Shown here piece by piece: positions 11,281-24,495 of a DNA stretch of 64,000 bases. Under the pieces are notes generated by a model, which had not been told where the DNA came from, made no database searches, and saw nothing but the letters and a program-made list of their open reading frames with translations. This DNA is from Camelus ferus (taxonomy: Eukaryota). The stretch's first letter is position 1; every line of letters starts with the position of its first letter. The stretch lies in contig NC_045696.1 of NCBI RefSeq assembly GCF_009834535.1, positions 47,928,001 to 47,992,000 on the forward strand, in the 5' to 3' direction. The translations under genes were made by a program, and so were the position numbers.

Positions 11281-11811
11281 TATCTTCAGCTTCCCTTCCC
11301 TTGGAGTATAAAGAGACATTTATCAGATAAGTTTATTTGACTTTGATTTCTTGTTTTTATTATTTAGTTAATAATTAAATTTAGATATATTTATTATTGA
11401 ATTATTATTCTGCTAGAAGGAAAAAAAAAACAGTGCAATGCTCTCTTCAGGGTGACTGCTTGCTATCTCAAATTTAAGAGTAAATTTAACCATGCACAGG
11501 TCTAAAACATTCTCTGTAGTCAGGTTTCCAATCCCCATTTTGCATCAAAGGAGTTTAAGAGATTTGAGCATAATATCCAGCTATTTTAATGGGTTTTCTA
11601 AGAGTGCGAATTGACTTGTAATACAGGCAGCCCCATCTTTTCATGCTAGGGTTGAAAAAGCCAACCTTTTCTCCCGAGGATTATAGGATTGTCTTTAATA
11701 CTGTATTTTATAACCTATTACAAGACCTCAGGAATTCAGAAAATGCTAAATAATGATATCTAATGTGATTTTTTTCTTTTTTAACACAAGCATATTAAAT
11801 TGTGAATTCTT

Positions 11812-12034
11812 TTTTTAAAACTTTTTTTTTTGTTGAGTTACATTTTACAATGTTGTGTCAAATTCCAGTGTAGAGCACAATTTTTCAGTTATACACGAAC
11901 ATACATACATTCATTGTCACATTCTCTTTTGCTGTGAGCCACCACAAGACCCTGTATATATTTCCCTGTGCTATACAGTACAATCTTGTTTATCTCTTCT
12001 ACATTTTGAAATCCCACTCCCTTCTCACCCTCCA
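11812..12034 (-). mobile_element. 5'-truncated lineage-specific L1 3'UTR with TSD
   Basis: Poly-T then ttacaatgttgtgtcaaattccagtgtagagcac...; TSD taaattgt(g/c)aattctt at 11796-11811 and 12035-12050. Confidence 0.85.
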
Positions 12035-12449
12035 TAAATTGTCAATTCTTAAATTTCTCTATTTAAGCCATTTGCTTGTATAGCAGTCCCATAGGAAAAA
12101 GTCTGGAAGATTCACAGAATCTTTTATTTACAAGTAGTCAAGAGCAAAACCAAACTGACCCACGACATCTCTTCTTAACTGAACTTATGACATTTTTTCT
12201 GCATGTGGTTCAGCCTGAAAGGGGCTTCTGTTTCTATTGACCTTAGCTTTTTTTACATTAACCTCTGATAGCAACAGCCATTGGAGTTTAAAAGCTTTAC
12301 TACTTAAAATAAAATTACGCCATGCTATTGAGTAGTAAAAGAGCGATTCTGTGTGTTACAGCGCTTAGCAGGGAGACTTGCAGTGCGCTCATACCAAAAC
12401 AAACTGGGCATTTTCCTACTGATACCTAATAAAAGAAAAGTGAAGTTAG

Positions 12450-13122
12450 TCACCATATGCCATGTGTCACATTTGGGTGCATTTTAACTTTTTGAAATTG
12501 AGGTGTGTCTCACTGTCTGGAGCATCTCACAATAACTGTCAGTCAGGCAGACAAGCATGGCCTTGTTAACTGTTACTGAGACATGGGAGTCCTAGGTTAT
12601 TTCCGGTGGCATGACTACACAACTTTGGCTCAAAGTTTCAGTCAACAGGCCATTTCAGGAACATTTGAGAAAGACTGTATAAGTCCTACTTGTGGTTTGG
12701 AAACCATACATTGACACATTATAGTAAGATTAGGAAAGTGCCCAGAGATCACAGTGGAGTATTTTTTTGCTTTGATTGCAAAATGGCTGAGATTAGTGGC
12801 AAAAACACGGGCATCAACGAGACCGAGTTGAGAAGTGTTTCAGATGAGTCAGCCTCTGAATGTGAAGTACTGGAGATATTTTGACCGATTTATTTCACTT
12901 ATACCTTCCTTTTTATATAAGTACAAAAATGCTATATAATAGAAATTTATGTCTAAGCAAACTGAAAAACATTTTCAATAGGCATAAGATAATAATTCTA
13001 ACTGATAGAAAAGCATTTTGTCATAATTGATGGTATTTTTTGTTTTTGTTTTTTCCTTTGGGATGGATAATACAATGGTGAGCTATACTACTGATACTGG
13101 CACCTTAGATTAAATGTAGTAC
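12450..13122. mobile_element. TcMar-Tc2 DNA transposon (Kanga/MER104-like)
   Basis: Terminal motifs cattttaactttttgaaattgaggtgtgtctcac and tacaatggtg...ggcaccttagattaaatg. Confidence 0.55.
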
Positions 13123-13184
13123 CATTCCTTATTTTGGGGAGTATGTGGACTATTTTATGGATTTTTTTTTCCCTCTGAGTATCA

Positions 13185-13700
13185 CTTTTTAATAGGCTTT
13201 AGTTTTTTAGAGCATTTCAGGTTCATAGCAGAATTGAGCAGAAAATACGGAGTTTGCACAAAGCACTCCCCACCCACACATATATATACTTCGCTACCCT
13301 CAACATCCCTCATTGGTGTGGCATATTTGATATAATCGATGAACCAACATGGACACATTATTATCAACCAAAGTCCATAGTTTACATTGGGGTTCACTCT
13401 TGATGTTGTACATTCTATGGGCTTTGACAAATGCATAATGACATGTAGCCACCACTATACTATCATACAGAATAATTTCATTGCCCTAAAAATCCCTTGT
13501 GTTCCATCTATTCATTCCTCTCTCTCTCCCTCTCCTCAGACCCCTGGAAAACACGATCTTTTTATTGTTTCTGTAGCTGTGCCTTTTTCAGAATGTCATT
13601 TGTATAGTTTGTAGCCATTTCAGACTGGCTTCTTTCACTTAGTAATATGTCCTTTAAGTTTCTTCCGTGTCTTTCGTGGCTTGATAGCTCATTTCTTTTT
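13185..13700 (-). mobile_element. L1MA/MB 3' end
   Basis: ttttagagcatttcaggttcatagcagaattgagcagaaaatac...caaagtccatagtttacattggggttcactctt. Confidence 0.85.
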
Positions 13701-13794
13701 TTTTTTTCCTGCACATATATTTTAAAATTTACATATATGTACTGTTCATTGTGTCTAAGAACGTTTAGAACTTTAGCCTTTTAAACTTACATAG

Positions 13795-14437
13795 CTATCA
13801 AAGGAATAAAGCCAACCACAAAATAAGAATTAATTCAAAAAGATACATGCACCCTGCTATTAACAGCAACATTATTTATAATTGCCAAGATATGGAAGCA
13901 TCCTAAGTGCACATAAATAGTTGTATAGATTATGGAGATGCAGTATATATATATATATGTATATATGTGTGTGTGTGTATGTAATGGAATACAACTCATC
14001 CCTAAGAAAGTAGGATATTTTGCCATTTGGGGTCCTTCATTCACTTTTTTTTTTTCACTTCAAAAACCAGAATTTTATAATGGGCATAAACATTTCCATT
14101 ACACCAAAAACAACAAAATACCCAGAAATAAACCTAACCAAGGAGGTTACCTATACTCTGAAAAACAAAATGATACAAAGAAGTGGAAAGATTTCTTGTG
14201 CTCTTGGATTGGAAAAATTAACACTATCAAAATGGCCACACTACCCAAAACAATCCACAGATCCAGTGCAACCCCTGTCAAAATACCTACGACTTTCCTC
14301 ACAGAGCTAGAGCAAACAATTCCAAAATTCACAAGGAACCACAGAAGACCCCAAACAGCCACAGCAATTTTTTGTAGGTCTTTTTTGATTTTTTCTCGTT
14401 GTTCTTTTTGTTCACTTTCCTTATGGTTTGATGACTA
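13795..14437. mobile_element. Mosaic of L1 fragments (ORF2 3' end +, ORF2 RT-C region +, inter-ORF-like piece -)
   Basis: ORF 13932-14438 contains KKWKDFLCSWIGKINTIKMATLPKTIHRSSATPVKIP (L1 ORF2); 13835-14030 is ORF2-end/3'UTR; 14368-14437 is antisense. Confidence 0.8.
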
Positions 14438-14824
14438 GAGAAAGTTCTTTAACTGGATTATTTTCTTGAAATTTAAAGAAATCTCCCAATTTTACATGCA
14501 ATTAGTTTAATATACATATGTTCTACATCACCAAAAGCCATTGAAATATAAATATTATAATATCATTGTTTTTTTCAATGCATGACACAAAATTTCATCA
14601 CTTTTGATAGGCAGTAATGAGAATGTATTAATAAGAAGTTGTCTCTAGGTTATTCTTTTTATGGTCTGCCAAATGCATTACGATTTGTCTTTATAGTTGA
14701 AGGTGTGACATGGGCAAAAATACAGAGACTTCAGTTTCAAGTGGCTTGTAGGCTACATGAATCAGTTTATTCCTGAATAGAAACTGTGTTTAATAAGTAA
14801 ATACTACAATGAATACTTGCCAAC

Positions 14825-16140
14825 TTTCATTAATTCAGGAAATATTTATTGTTACTGTTAAAGTACTTGGGGACACAGCAGTCAGGCCCTGCCATCAAGG
14901 AGCTTAGATTCTAATAGGGTAAATAATAAGATAAATAAGTAAATTTTATTGTATGATAACTAATAAGTGCTAGGAGGGAAAATAGAGGGAAGGAGGTTAG
15001 GAAGTTTGGGGAAGAGTTCAAAATTTTAGGTTCAAGAAAGTTCCTTCTAAGAAAGTGACGTAAGAACAGAGCCCTGAAGAAAGCGAGGACCCTACCCACG
15101 TGGACATGTGAAAGAGAGAGGCACATTCTAAGCAGAGGGAGCAAACAGCAGGCACGAAGGCCCATGAGCAGAGACATGCCTGGTGTGTCCTAGGAGTGCG
15201 AAGGGGCCAGAGGAGTTGGCCAGGGGTGAGTAAATCTGAGTGCATCAGCCTGGGTCATTCAGAGCGGTGAAATAGGCAGAGCGGACCCTGGGAGTGTGGA
15301 AGGTCAGAGAAGGGACCTTGGTCCTTCCCTGTGAGTGAGACGGGAAGGCACTGGAGGCATTTGTGTGGGGATGTGCCCCGGTCTGACTGGCATTTTATGT
15401 GGATATTCTGCCTGCTGTGTTGAGAACAGACTGGAGGAGCGGAAACTGAGGGACCAGTTAGCAATTTGTAATGATTCAGGTGAGAGATGATGATGACTTA
15501 AAATCAGATAGTATAGGAGGTGTTGAACTCCAAATTACGGATCTATTTGAAGGGTGCACCATCATGATTTATTGAACTGGATGTAGGGTGAGAAAAAGAT
15601 GAGTTCAAGGATGACTCTAAAATTTTTGGCCTGAGAACTGAAGAAGAGCTGCCTGTTACAAAGGATAACAATAGAAGCATCATAAAAGGAGTAGAATTAG
15701 GGAAGAGGAGGAGAAATGTTAGAAGTGTAATTGTCATTAAATATGAGATGCCTTTGAACTTCTATAGAGAAGTATCAGGCAGCTGGATACACAAGTGAGG
15801 AATTAAGGCGGAGATATTAATGTGGGAGTTCATTAGCATATAGATGATATTTAAAACCATGAGACTGAATGAGATCACCAAGGGATTGGAGCTTGGTGTC
15901 CTCAGAGCCACATCAGAAAGCATTTCATGGAGAGAAGCGTCAAGTGAGTCAAATAAGTGAGACGAGCACTGAGAATTGACCACTGCGTGTAGCCATGTGA
16001 GTGTCCCAGGGGGCCTGATTGGAGCAGTCTGGTGTGAGGTTGGCCTGATTGTAGTGGGATGTAGAGAGAATGCCAGGAGAGGAATAGGAGACTGGAGTAT
16101 AGACAGTGATTTCAGAAAATGTTCCCATAAAGAAAGAAAA
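14825..16140 (-). mobile_element. Long L2 LINE fragment
   Basis: Continuous L2 antisense motifs from ttcattaattcaggaaatatttattg to ggagactggagtatagac; resumes at about 16775. Confidence 0.85.
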
Positions 16141-16772
16141 AGGGAGGACAGAAATAAGGTTAGGGGAATAAAAAGGTACAGACTTTCAGTTATAAAATAA
16201 ATGAGTCACAAGTATGAAGTGAACATTGTGGGAGATACAGCCAATAACTGTAATGTATTAATACAGTGATAGATGTTGTCTAGACTTACGATGATCATTT
16301 TGAGATATATACAAATATTGGCTCACTCTGTTGTATACCAGGAACCATCACGGTGTTGTAGGTCAATTATACTTCAAAAACAAACAAGCTCGTAGACAAA
16401 GAGACCAGGTTTGTGTTTACCAGAAGTGGGAGGTCGGGAGAGGGGGACTTGGGTAAAAGTGGTCAAAGATACCATACAAACTTCCAGTTATAAGATAAAT
16501 AAGTACTAGGGATATGATACACAGCATGATAAGTATAATTAACTCTGCTAAATGTTACATATGGCAGTTGTTAGAAGAGTGAATCCTAAGTGTTCTTGTC
16601 ACAAGGAAAAATTTTTCTGTTTAATTTTGTGTCTCTATGACATGATGGAAATTCACTAAACTTGTGGCCATCATTTCGTGATATGCCTAAGTCAAATCAG
16701 TATGCTGTACACTTTAACCTTATGCAGTGTTACATGAAAATTATATTGCAATAAAACTGGAAAGAAAAAAAG
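16141..16772 (+). mobile_element. L1 3' end (L1MA/L1MB-type) inserted in L2
   Basis: aaaaggtacagactttcagttataaaataaatgagtcac...caaacttccagttataagataaataagtactagg...aataaaactggaaagaaaaaa. Confidence 0.85.
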
Positions 16773-17919
16773 GAGAGAAATGGAGCAATAACTATGGCAG
16801 CAGTCGTTCTGGTTTTGTGTTTTAGGCAACAGAAAAACAAACCATGTTGATGGAATTATCCAGTGGAAAGAGTAGAGAAAAAAAAAATTGGAGAGAAGAG
16901 ATTTTGCCGAAGCTGGCACAGGTTCTGGTGGGGAAGTGAAGCTGGCTTAGAAATGCATTTTTCAGGCATTCCAATCATGTTTTACACCATTTGCTACTGC
17001 TCTTCTCTTTGCCTGGGTCTCTTCTTTCATTGATAAGTTTCTACCGTTTTATCTCTTTAGTGAAGTGTTTTCTCTCTATCTCAGCCCATGAATTCATAGA
17101 AATCTCCTCCTTCTTTGAATTCATTGCTCTTGTAATCTGTCCCATTAAATCGATTATTAGTCATCTTTTTATGTGCAGCTGTCTTTCCCATTAAATTGTA
17201 AGCCCCTTGATATTAGTGATTATGCTGTGCCTATGTTAAGTGCCCAATAAAAGCTAGCCGACTCTGTCTCTACCACTTCCACTGAAAACGATTTCCTCCC
17301 TTACAGCTCCCTAAGGAGAAGAGCCTATTAGTTTTCTCCATATAAAAGTCCTTCATGTACTAAAAATATTATTAAATTGCCTTGTGGTTTCATCTTTTTC
17401 ACTCTTTAATAGTATCTTTTTATCTCTAATTTTGGTTTTGGTTTCTTTTCTTTGGCACCTCCCCTAGTGCATCCTTTTTCTTTTCTTTCTTTTCCTTCCT
17501 CCTTTTGAAAATGTTCTTCTTTTATTCTTTTGTTCCTCTTTGAGTTTAATTAGGGAATTGCAGAAGGTAGGAATCTAAAATAGACTGAGCAGTAGCCGCA
17601 TGTTACTGTGCTAAGGGGGAAATGAGGACTGACCAGACTACGGTGTGTGTGTACATTCTCGGCAAAAGGAGCAGCATTGTGAAAGGGTACAGAGGTAAAA
17701 CCATAAAATTTGGTTTCCTCCGTAACTACATATTCATCCTCTGGAACAGATATTTATTAAATGAATGTCTCAGTGAATGAATTTCTCCCACGATAATCAG
17801 AGGCTTCCATGCCTTTCCTTTCTACATAAACATCAGGCCCATCTTTAGCTTAGCATTGCAGTTACAGTCTGACTATACCCTAATTTCCCAAGAAGTAAAA
17901 ATAGTATTAGCTAAACAAG

Positions 17920-18135
17920 TATATGAGGCAGTAGAGCAGAGAGAGGAAAAGTCTATACTCAGGAGCCATATACCTCAGCCGTATGCCTCAAATCCCAGGC
18001 TGCCACTTTGTAGCTGTGTGACTTGGGGCAGGTTACTTGCCCTCTCAGGGCCTCTGTCTCCTCGTCTGTAAGATGGACCTGGTAACACCTGCTTCATAGG
18101 GTTGTGATGAGGGTCTAATGAATGAATATAAAAAA
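17920..18135 (+). mobile_element. MIR SINE
   Basis: caaatcccaggctgccactttgtagctgtgtgacttggggcaggttactt...catagggttgtgatgagg. Confidence 0.85.
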
Positions 18136-18184
18136 TTATAATAGCCCTAAATCTGAATCTTACTATAAATCTTAATCTTTTCCT

Positions 18185-18295
18185 CATCTTTTTAGATGAG
18201 TTGACTGAGGCTTAGAGAAGTTAAATAGCTTTCCCCCAGCTAACCGGCTAGTCAGCAACTGGAGTTCATCTCAATTGCATGATTTTTCTACTGTG
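18185..18295 (-). mobile_element. MIR fragment
   Basis: ttttagatgagttgactgaggcttagagaagttaaatagc. Confidence 0.65.
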
Positions 18296-18336
18296 GTGGC
18301 AAGTGAGGCCTCAACAAGGAATAAAATATTTTGTTG

Positions 18337-18467
18337 TTGGGTGAGGATATAGCTCAGTGGTAGAGTGTGCGCTTAACACGCACGAGGTCCTGGGTTCAAT
18401 TCCCAGCACCTCCATTATAACAGACAAACAAACAAACCTAATTACCCCCTCCCCAAAAAACAAAAAA
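18337..18467 (+). mobile_element. Vic-1-like tRNA-Ala-derived SINE
   Basis: gatatagctcagtggtagagtgtgcgcttaacacgcacgaggtcctgggttcaattcccagcacctcc...aaacctaattaccccc plus A tail. Confidence 0.9.
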
Positions 18468-19462
18468 TATGTTTTATGTTAAGGCCTCTTAACATAAAAA
18501 AGCTAGGGTGGGCCTTGAGAACCCAGAGGCAGTAGAAGTAAACAGTTGCTGTGCCTAAGGCAGTGATTGTAGAGAGCAAATCTGAGGATTGGGCAAGTAA
18601 TGGAATAGTAACTGGAGTGTTTGAAGGTTGGTGTTTGCCCAGGTTGAGGGTGATCATCTGGAAAGAAGCCGGCAATACACAGCACACTCCGACTTCTTGA
18701 GCTTGTCCTTAGCTGCTGTGTGTTTGAAAGTCCAAAAGACCGCATCCACATTAGGATGTGATTTCCAGTCAGTCTTCGTGGAGGTAGGATGCAATGGGAC
18801 ATTACGTTAGTGAACAGAGCAGGATGCTTGGGTTTGTTTCTAATCCCCATTTTGAGGAATTTACTGCTGTCATTTCTCCTGTAAATTATATTTTTTGAAT
18901 TACTCTCTGAGAATAGCAGACCCATAAACTTCAAATTAATGGGTCAACAATGTGCTCTTTTAAAGCTGTTACTTGGGCAGTGTTTTGGTGATCTCCTGGG
19001 GCTGCTCTAGCTTCCTTATCTCCACATTCTTCTCTTCACCACAGTCCTGAGGGAGGAATTCCAGGCGACACCAAAGAAGAAGACGACCTGTGAAACAGAG
19101 AAAAGAGTACATCTTTTAAAAACTAGAAAAACCTAAGACAAAGCAGGAACAAATATTGGGGAGACTGTGCCGCAGGTAGACCACCCTGTTCCGCGCGTAA
19201 GGGGGTGTGAACTTCACCAGATGGAACGTAGGGAGTATGATGAAGTGGAAGCACTGAAGGGCTGTGCCTTCCTCATTTCTTACTTGCACTCCCCGCTTTA
19301 GGGTCAGATACGCTGTGAGAGGGGCATTATCAGGCCTAGAGAAGAGACAGTTGGGAGGTGGTTGAGATTAATCTGTTGTACAACATACGTGGAGACTCTC
19401 TGGGATCCTTCACAGCCTTTTTCTCTGGGTAAGAATTTGTACCTGGATCAGTGCTGGTAGCA

Positions 19463-19796
19463 CAGTTGACCATCGAACAGTACAGGTTTGAACTGTTATA
19501 CACGGATTATCCACTTATACACAGATTTTTTTCAATAAATACAATAACTAGTTTCATTTTATAGATCTTTAAATAAATGTGGGGAAAAGTGTATTTGATT
19601 ACAGATCACATTATATAGAATCAAAAGAATTAAGCTTTGAGTATTGATTGTATCCAAACTGTTTTAGCTTCCTGCCCTTGGGTGAGCCATGTATCAAGTC
19701 TTTTGTTTTTGAGGCAGAGGTAGCAGTGTGCAGATTTTCCATTGTGTGGGGATGGATGGGTGCCCTTAACCCCACGTAGTTCAAGGGTCAGTTGTA
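19463..19796. mobile_element. Tigger2a-like MITE (TcMar-Tigger)
   Basis: TIRs cagttgaccatcgaac / gttcaagggtcagttg followed by TA. Confidence 0.85.
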
Positions 19797-20031
19797 CATA
19801 CTGCTTCCTCCTCTGGAAGATGATCTCTCAGATCAGCAGAGCAGGAGGGTGTGGCCAGGCAGGAGGGGAAGGCTGAGCTTTGGATTCATGCGGAGGGGTT
19901 TGGGCTGCAGCTGGTCCTCTGATTATACCCCGAATTAAGACCGGGATGTGGCCACTGATTGTCTTGCTACCACCCTTTTGGCTACATGTTGGCAGGCTTC
20001 AGAGTTTACTGAGCGACATAAAAGAACCCAA

Positions 20032-20176
20032 GGTGGGGAAGGTACAGCTCAGTGGTAGAGCACGTGCTTAGTATGCCCACGGTACTGGGTTCAATCCCCA
20101 GTACCTCCGTTAAATAAATAGGCCTGATTATCTCCCCCCAAAAGACCAACCAACCAAACAAAACACAACAACAAAA
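20032..20176 (+). mobile_element. Vic-1-like tRNA-Ala-derived SINE
   Basis: ggtggggaaggtacagctcagtggtagagcacgtgcttag...gggttcaatccccagtacctcc; AC-rich tail. Confidence 0.9.
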
Positions 20177-20224
20177 GAGTCAAGAATCCTGAGGGTGTTT
20201 ATATGGTAAAATACATCACCATCT

Positions 20225-20540
20225 TTTTTTCTTTTCTTTTTTGGTTTTTCCTCTTTTATTGAGTTATATCACATACATAGTAACATATATTAACCTTAAG
20301 TGTTCCATGAATTTTTCCATATACAAACAATCTTTAACCACAACCCAGATAAAATTAGAGTATTTCCAGCAGCCCAAGAAGGTCTCCTACATGAGGTCTA
20401 TCCTCAGTAAATATAATCATCCAAAGGTAACTAATATTTTTCTATCCTAATGTAGAAGGACATTGTATTGTTTCCTGCTGTGGGATGTTATGAATAAAGC
20501 TGCTTAAAATATGCTTACACATGTTTTAATGACCTGTTTC
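20225..20540 (-). mobile_element. Old L1ME-type fragment
   Basis: ttttattgagttatatcacatac...taaccacaacccagataaaa...tatttccagcagccc. Confidence 0.55.
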
Positions 20541-21887
20541 TTCTTGCTTTCCTATTCACCTATACCAACCATCTTTCTAAAGTGGGTGTTATTGCCACTT
20601 TTGTGTTGGAAAAGACGTATGGCACAGGCATTAACCCTTTATTCTTCCCATAATACTGCTTGCCACATGGAATTGCATTTTTTAGAATTAGAAATGTATC
20701 ATATCAAGTCATTAAAGATTGAAAAATATTCCACCACATATGAAGTAATAGTTAAATTTTTCCTTCATATGTCCCCATCTATTTGTCAGAGGTCACCAAC
20801 ACCAAACACGCAGAGACTAGATTCACATGTGTTTCAGTGAATGGCCCCTAGGTAGTCTTGATTCTGTTAAGTCAGTATTAATGGTTCTCCTTTCTTCCCC
20901 GCACTGATTTGCTAGACTAGATTTTACGTCGGACCTTTCCTGAGAAAGGAAGTGGGACATCTTGGTCTTCATTGTATAACTTCACTGGCATCATTTTAAA
21001 TACAAAACTTGAGAATCATTTGAGTGTCCCTAGAAAATGGGCTTAAACCTTTTTCTCTCCTGTTCTGTTTTACTAGACCATCGAGTTACTAGGTAATTGA
21101 AACTGGATTTACCACAAGTGAGAGCTATTAGATTCATTTTTCACTGTGAATGCTGAATTGTGTTGTGTGGTGAATACTTACCAAAAGCTGTTATCAGGAA
21201 GCTTGAAGAGCACTTAGCAAAGAGAATTTCAGGGGCCCAAAGCAGTTTGGGAAGAAGTGAAGGCACAGGCACAGATTTGCTTTGTAATTTGTGAAACAAG
21301 AAGCTGTTGGAGTAACTTTTTATACTATACCTGTAGTGATAGTCTTGTGGCTTATAACCTTGTGAGTTTTGAGGGGGTTTTTTTTTTTGATAGAAAGTCA
21401 TTATTTGCTTTCTTAAGTGTGCCACTGATCTCCCTTTCCCCAGGAATTAATAGATGAGGGATGTGAGACCCTACCCCCATGATTTATGCTGGATGGAGGA
21501 GTGAGTGGCAATCATTAGAACCACCCCCCTCCCGCCCTTCCGCAGTAACATTCACTCCGGGCAATGTCCAAGTGGCATTCAGAGGAATCTGTAGTTTCTA
21601 CTCAACTATCAGTTCATCTCTTCTCCCAACACAGGTACTTTGACGAAAATCACATTAAAAGAACATCCCAGAGTATCTGGGAGTCTCCCTAAGGTGCACA
21701 CACAAATTGCTTTCGCTACCCTGCTCTATCTGTAGACTCTGGTGACCTTAGGTTCAGATCTGCCAAGGAAAATGATTGTGGCATATAACATTTTATGCGG
21801 TCTTTCAGAGTATTTGCTTCTTGGCCGCCTGACAGAAGCACATCTGTTTCTTAAAAAATTTATTTATGTCTTTTCCCATTTATTACC

Positions 21888-22324
21888 TGTATTAGTTTCC
21901 CGGGGCTGCTGTAACAAATTACCATAAACTTAGGTTTAAAAGAGCAAAAATTTATTCTGTCCCAGAATTCTGGAAGCCAGAAGTCTGAAATCAAGGTGTT
22001 GGCAGGGTTGGTTCCATTCGACTCTTTGTGGGAGAGTCTGTTCTATGCTTCTCTCCTCGCTTCTGAGGGTTGTGGGCAACCCTTGGAGTCCCTTAGCTTG
22101 TCGCTGCCTCATTCCAATCTCTGTCGTCTTCACATGGCCTGCTTCCTGGGGGTCTCTGTGTCTCTATGTCTTTCAATGGCCTTCTTATGAGGATTTAGGT
22201 TCCACCCTCCAATATGGACCTCATTATAACTATCTATATCTGAATAAAACTTATTTCCAAATAAGATAAGATTCTGAGGGTCTGCGTGAACATGATTTCT
22301 GGGGGGACACAATTCACCCCAACA
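21888..22324 (-). mobile_element. MLT1 (MaLR) solo LTR, MLT1C-like
   Basis: tgtattagtttcc...gctgctgtaacaaattaccataaact ... gggggacacaattcaccccaaca. Confidence 0.9.
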
Positions 22325-23074
22325 TATCAATTACTTCAGTGGACAGTCCGACTGTCGTGTGAACAGGACAACCTCAAGCTGCTGCTTCTGTGTGTTCTTA
22401 GCAGAAGTAGAACTTTTAAAAGGGAGAGAAAATATTGTTAGTGTCTTTGCTTCTTTTTTTCCAGAAATGAAGCATGTGAGCTCTGGTGTTTCTTTGTCTT
22501 TGTTATTTTGTTAAGAGAAGAGCAGAAGCGGGTGCCTGAGAACCAGCGACAGCCTTGTCACCATCTTACATGATAGGCTGTGTGTGCACAACTGTCAGTG
22601 GCCCTGCTTGGCTTCCCATCCACCCTCTCCCCCTAATACTAAGCCCAGTAAAAGTCTGTGGGGCCCCCTTTAATTCTGAGTGTGGCCGTGGTAGGGAAGG
22701 AAGAGGCTGTGGATTTCTCCTCTTCTTAAGGAGTTATAATCGGTCTGTTTCAGTTCTTTTGGAAATTACAATTCATCTCTCGTCTTTTTTCTTTCCACCA
22801 GTCCCCAAGGCAAATGTCAGGACAAAGGTAGCTCCCATTGCCAAGGACAGTTCCCAGAGCCTGCTTACGTTGGCTCTGTAGAAGCCAGTTCCATGGGTAT
22901 TTTCACATTTTGTTTTTGTTTTCCTCAACATCATTTCTGGGTGACAATGGTTTCTGTAGTATATTACAGCTCTTTTAGGGACAAACTTTGCCAACCTATG
23001 TAACTTCATAGGGGTCATACTCCCAGCTGCTATAGCGAAACAATTCTTAGGTAATTTGGTACCTATGTGCATGA

Positions 23075-23293
23075 ATGTGTGTGTGTGTTGAGAGAGAGAT
23101 TGAGAGAAGAGAGAGAGAGAGAGAAATAGATCTCTGGTCTTTTCTAATAAGCGTACTAATCTCATCATGAAGACACCACTCTCATCATCTCATATAAACC
23201 TAATTACCTCCAAAGGTCCCATCACCAAATAATCCTTTGGAGGTTATGACTTTAGCATATGAATTTTGGGGAGACACAATTCAGGCCATAGCA
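23075..23293 (-). mobile_element. MLT1A-like LTR fragment with (GT)/(GA) repeat
   Basis: actaatctcatcatga...aaacctaattacctccaaagg...ggggagacacaattcaggccatagca. Confidence 0.75.
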
Positions 23294-24495
23294 GGGCTGT
23301 GTAATATAATGTGGTTGTCATCTTCTGCACTTAGAATATTTGAAGGTAATAGTGAATTTAATGTTGATATGAAATTAATTAGTCACCTTTCTCAAGCCAG
23401 CTTTCCTTGTTTCCTTAAAAAGTAAGAGCTTTTTTAGGAGTTATTTAATGTTCTCTTCCACACTTTTTTTTTTTTAACTTTTGAAGATTTGTAATAAATG
23501 GTAAAGAATCAGAATGACCTTCTGTTTCTTTCCAATCTACTGAGTAAGGGTACTTCAATTCCTAAACCCAAGACAAACATTATCTATTTTGACTTTACTT
23601 CCTGTCCAAATAATTGAAAAATCATCAACTTGAAGCCTTTCAAGCATTTTCAATCAGGACTTTTCTTTCCAGGAGACATAGCTATTTGTTTCCAACTAAA
23701 CCTTTGAATTGAAACATCTTTTTTTTTTCTTTTTAACAGTGGCTTTTTATAAATACATGGCTTTATTTAAACCAGAGGACAGTCCTAAGAATCCTAAATT
23801 AAATTATAAATGAGAAAAGAAGTATATGATTTCAAGTTCCTGACATGTATTTCACTCTGGGTCACTTTTTGATAGTTTAGATGCTCTCAGAGGTTGGGCA
23901 TTTCTGGGAATCAAAAAGGATACTTCTTTTTGTTGTTGTTTGTTAAAGTTACAGTCTAATAACAACATGTTCCTTACTACTGTTTTCTGCATATTAGGTT
24001 CTAGATTCTAATTTCAAGGTTCTAAGGAACCTGGAAAATAATCATCAGAACTCATATACTCATCCTTTTTTTTTTTTTAATTTTGTACACCAGGAAGTAA
24101 GGACTTTGAGTCAGTTACGACTTGGGGTCTAGGACTACCAGTTTTATAATTATTTTCTGATTCTCTTAGTTCCATTAGTTGAGCTATGCTAGAGTAACTT
24201 TACTTTTTTTATAACAGCCCCAGATGGTCACATGCCCGCCAAAATAGACAAGCAAAAGTTTAGAGTTTACTGTATAAGATGCTTACATTTCCTACTCAGA
24301 CCCTTTGATCAACATTCATAATCAGATATTGAATTTATCCTCTGTTTAAAAGATAAAATGAGGAAAACAGCAGTGTGTGTGTGTGTAAATGCAGATCACA
24401 AAGAAATAGACTGACGTGAAGCACTGGGAAGACAGGTTGGGATTAATGACATCAACTGAAGCCCTGGCACAGATTGTTGACACAAAGGGCATGTT

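Noticed and set aside
13932..14438. Longest ORF (168 aa) as a novel gene
   Set aside because: Chance read-through of a microsatellite and L1 ORF2 fragments
18344..18413. tRNA-Ala-like gene (also at about 3290-3360, 20036-20107, 52285-52357)
   Set aside because: Each has the SINE-specific 3' body, an A-rich tail and (where visible) a TSD, with disrupted stems. These are SINEs, not tRNA genes.
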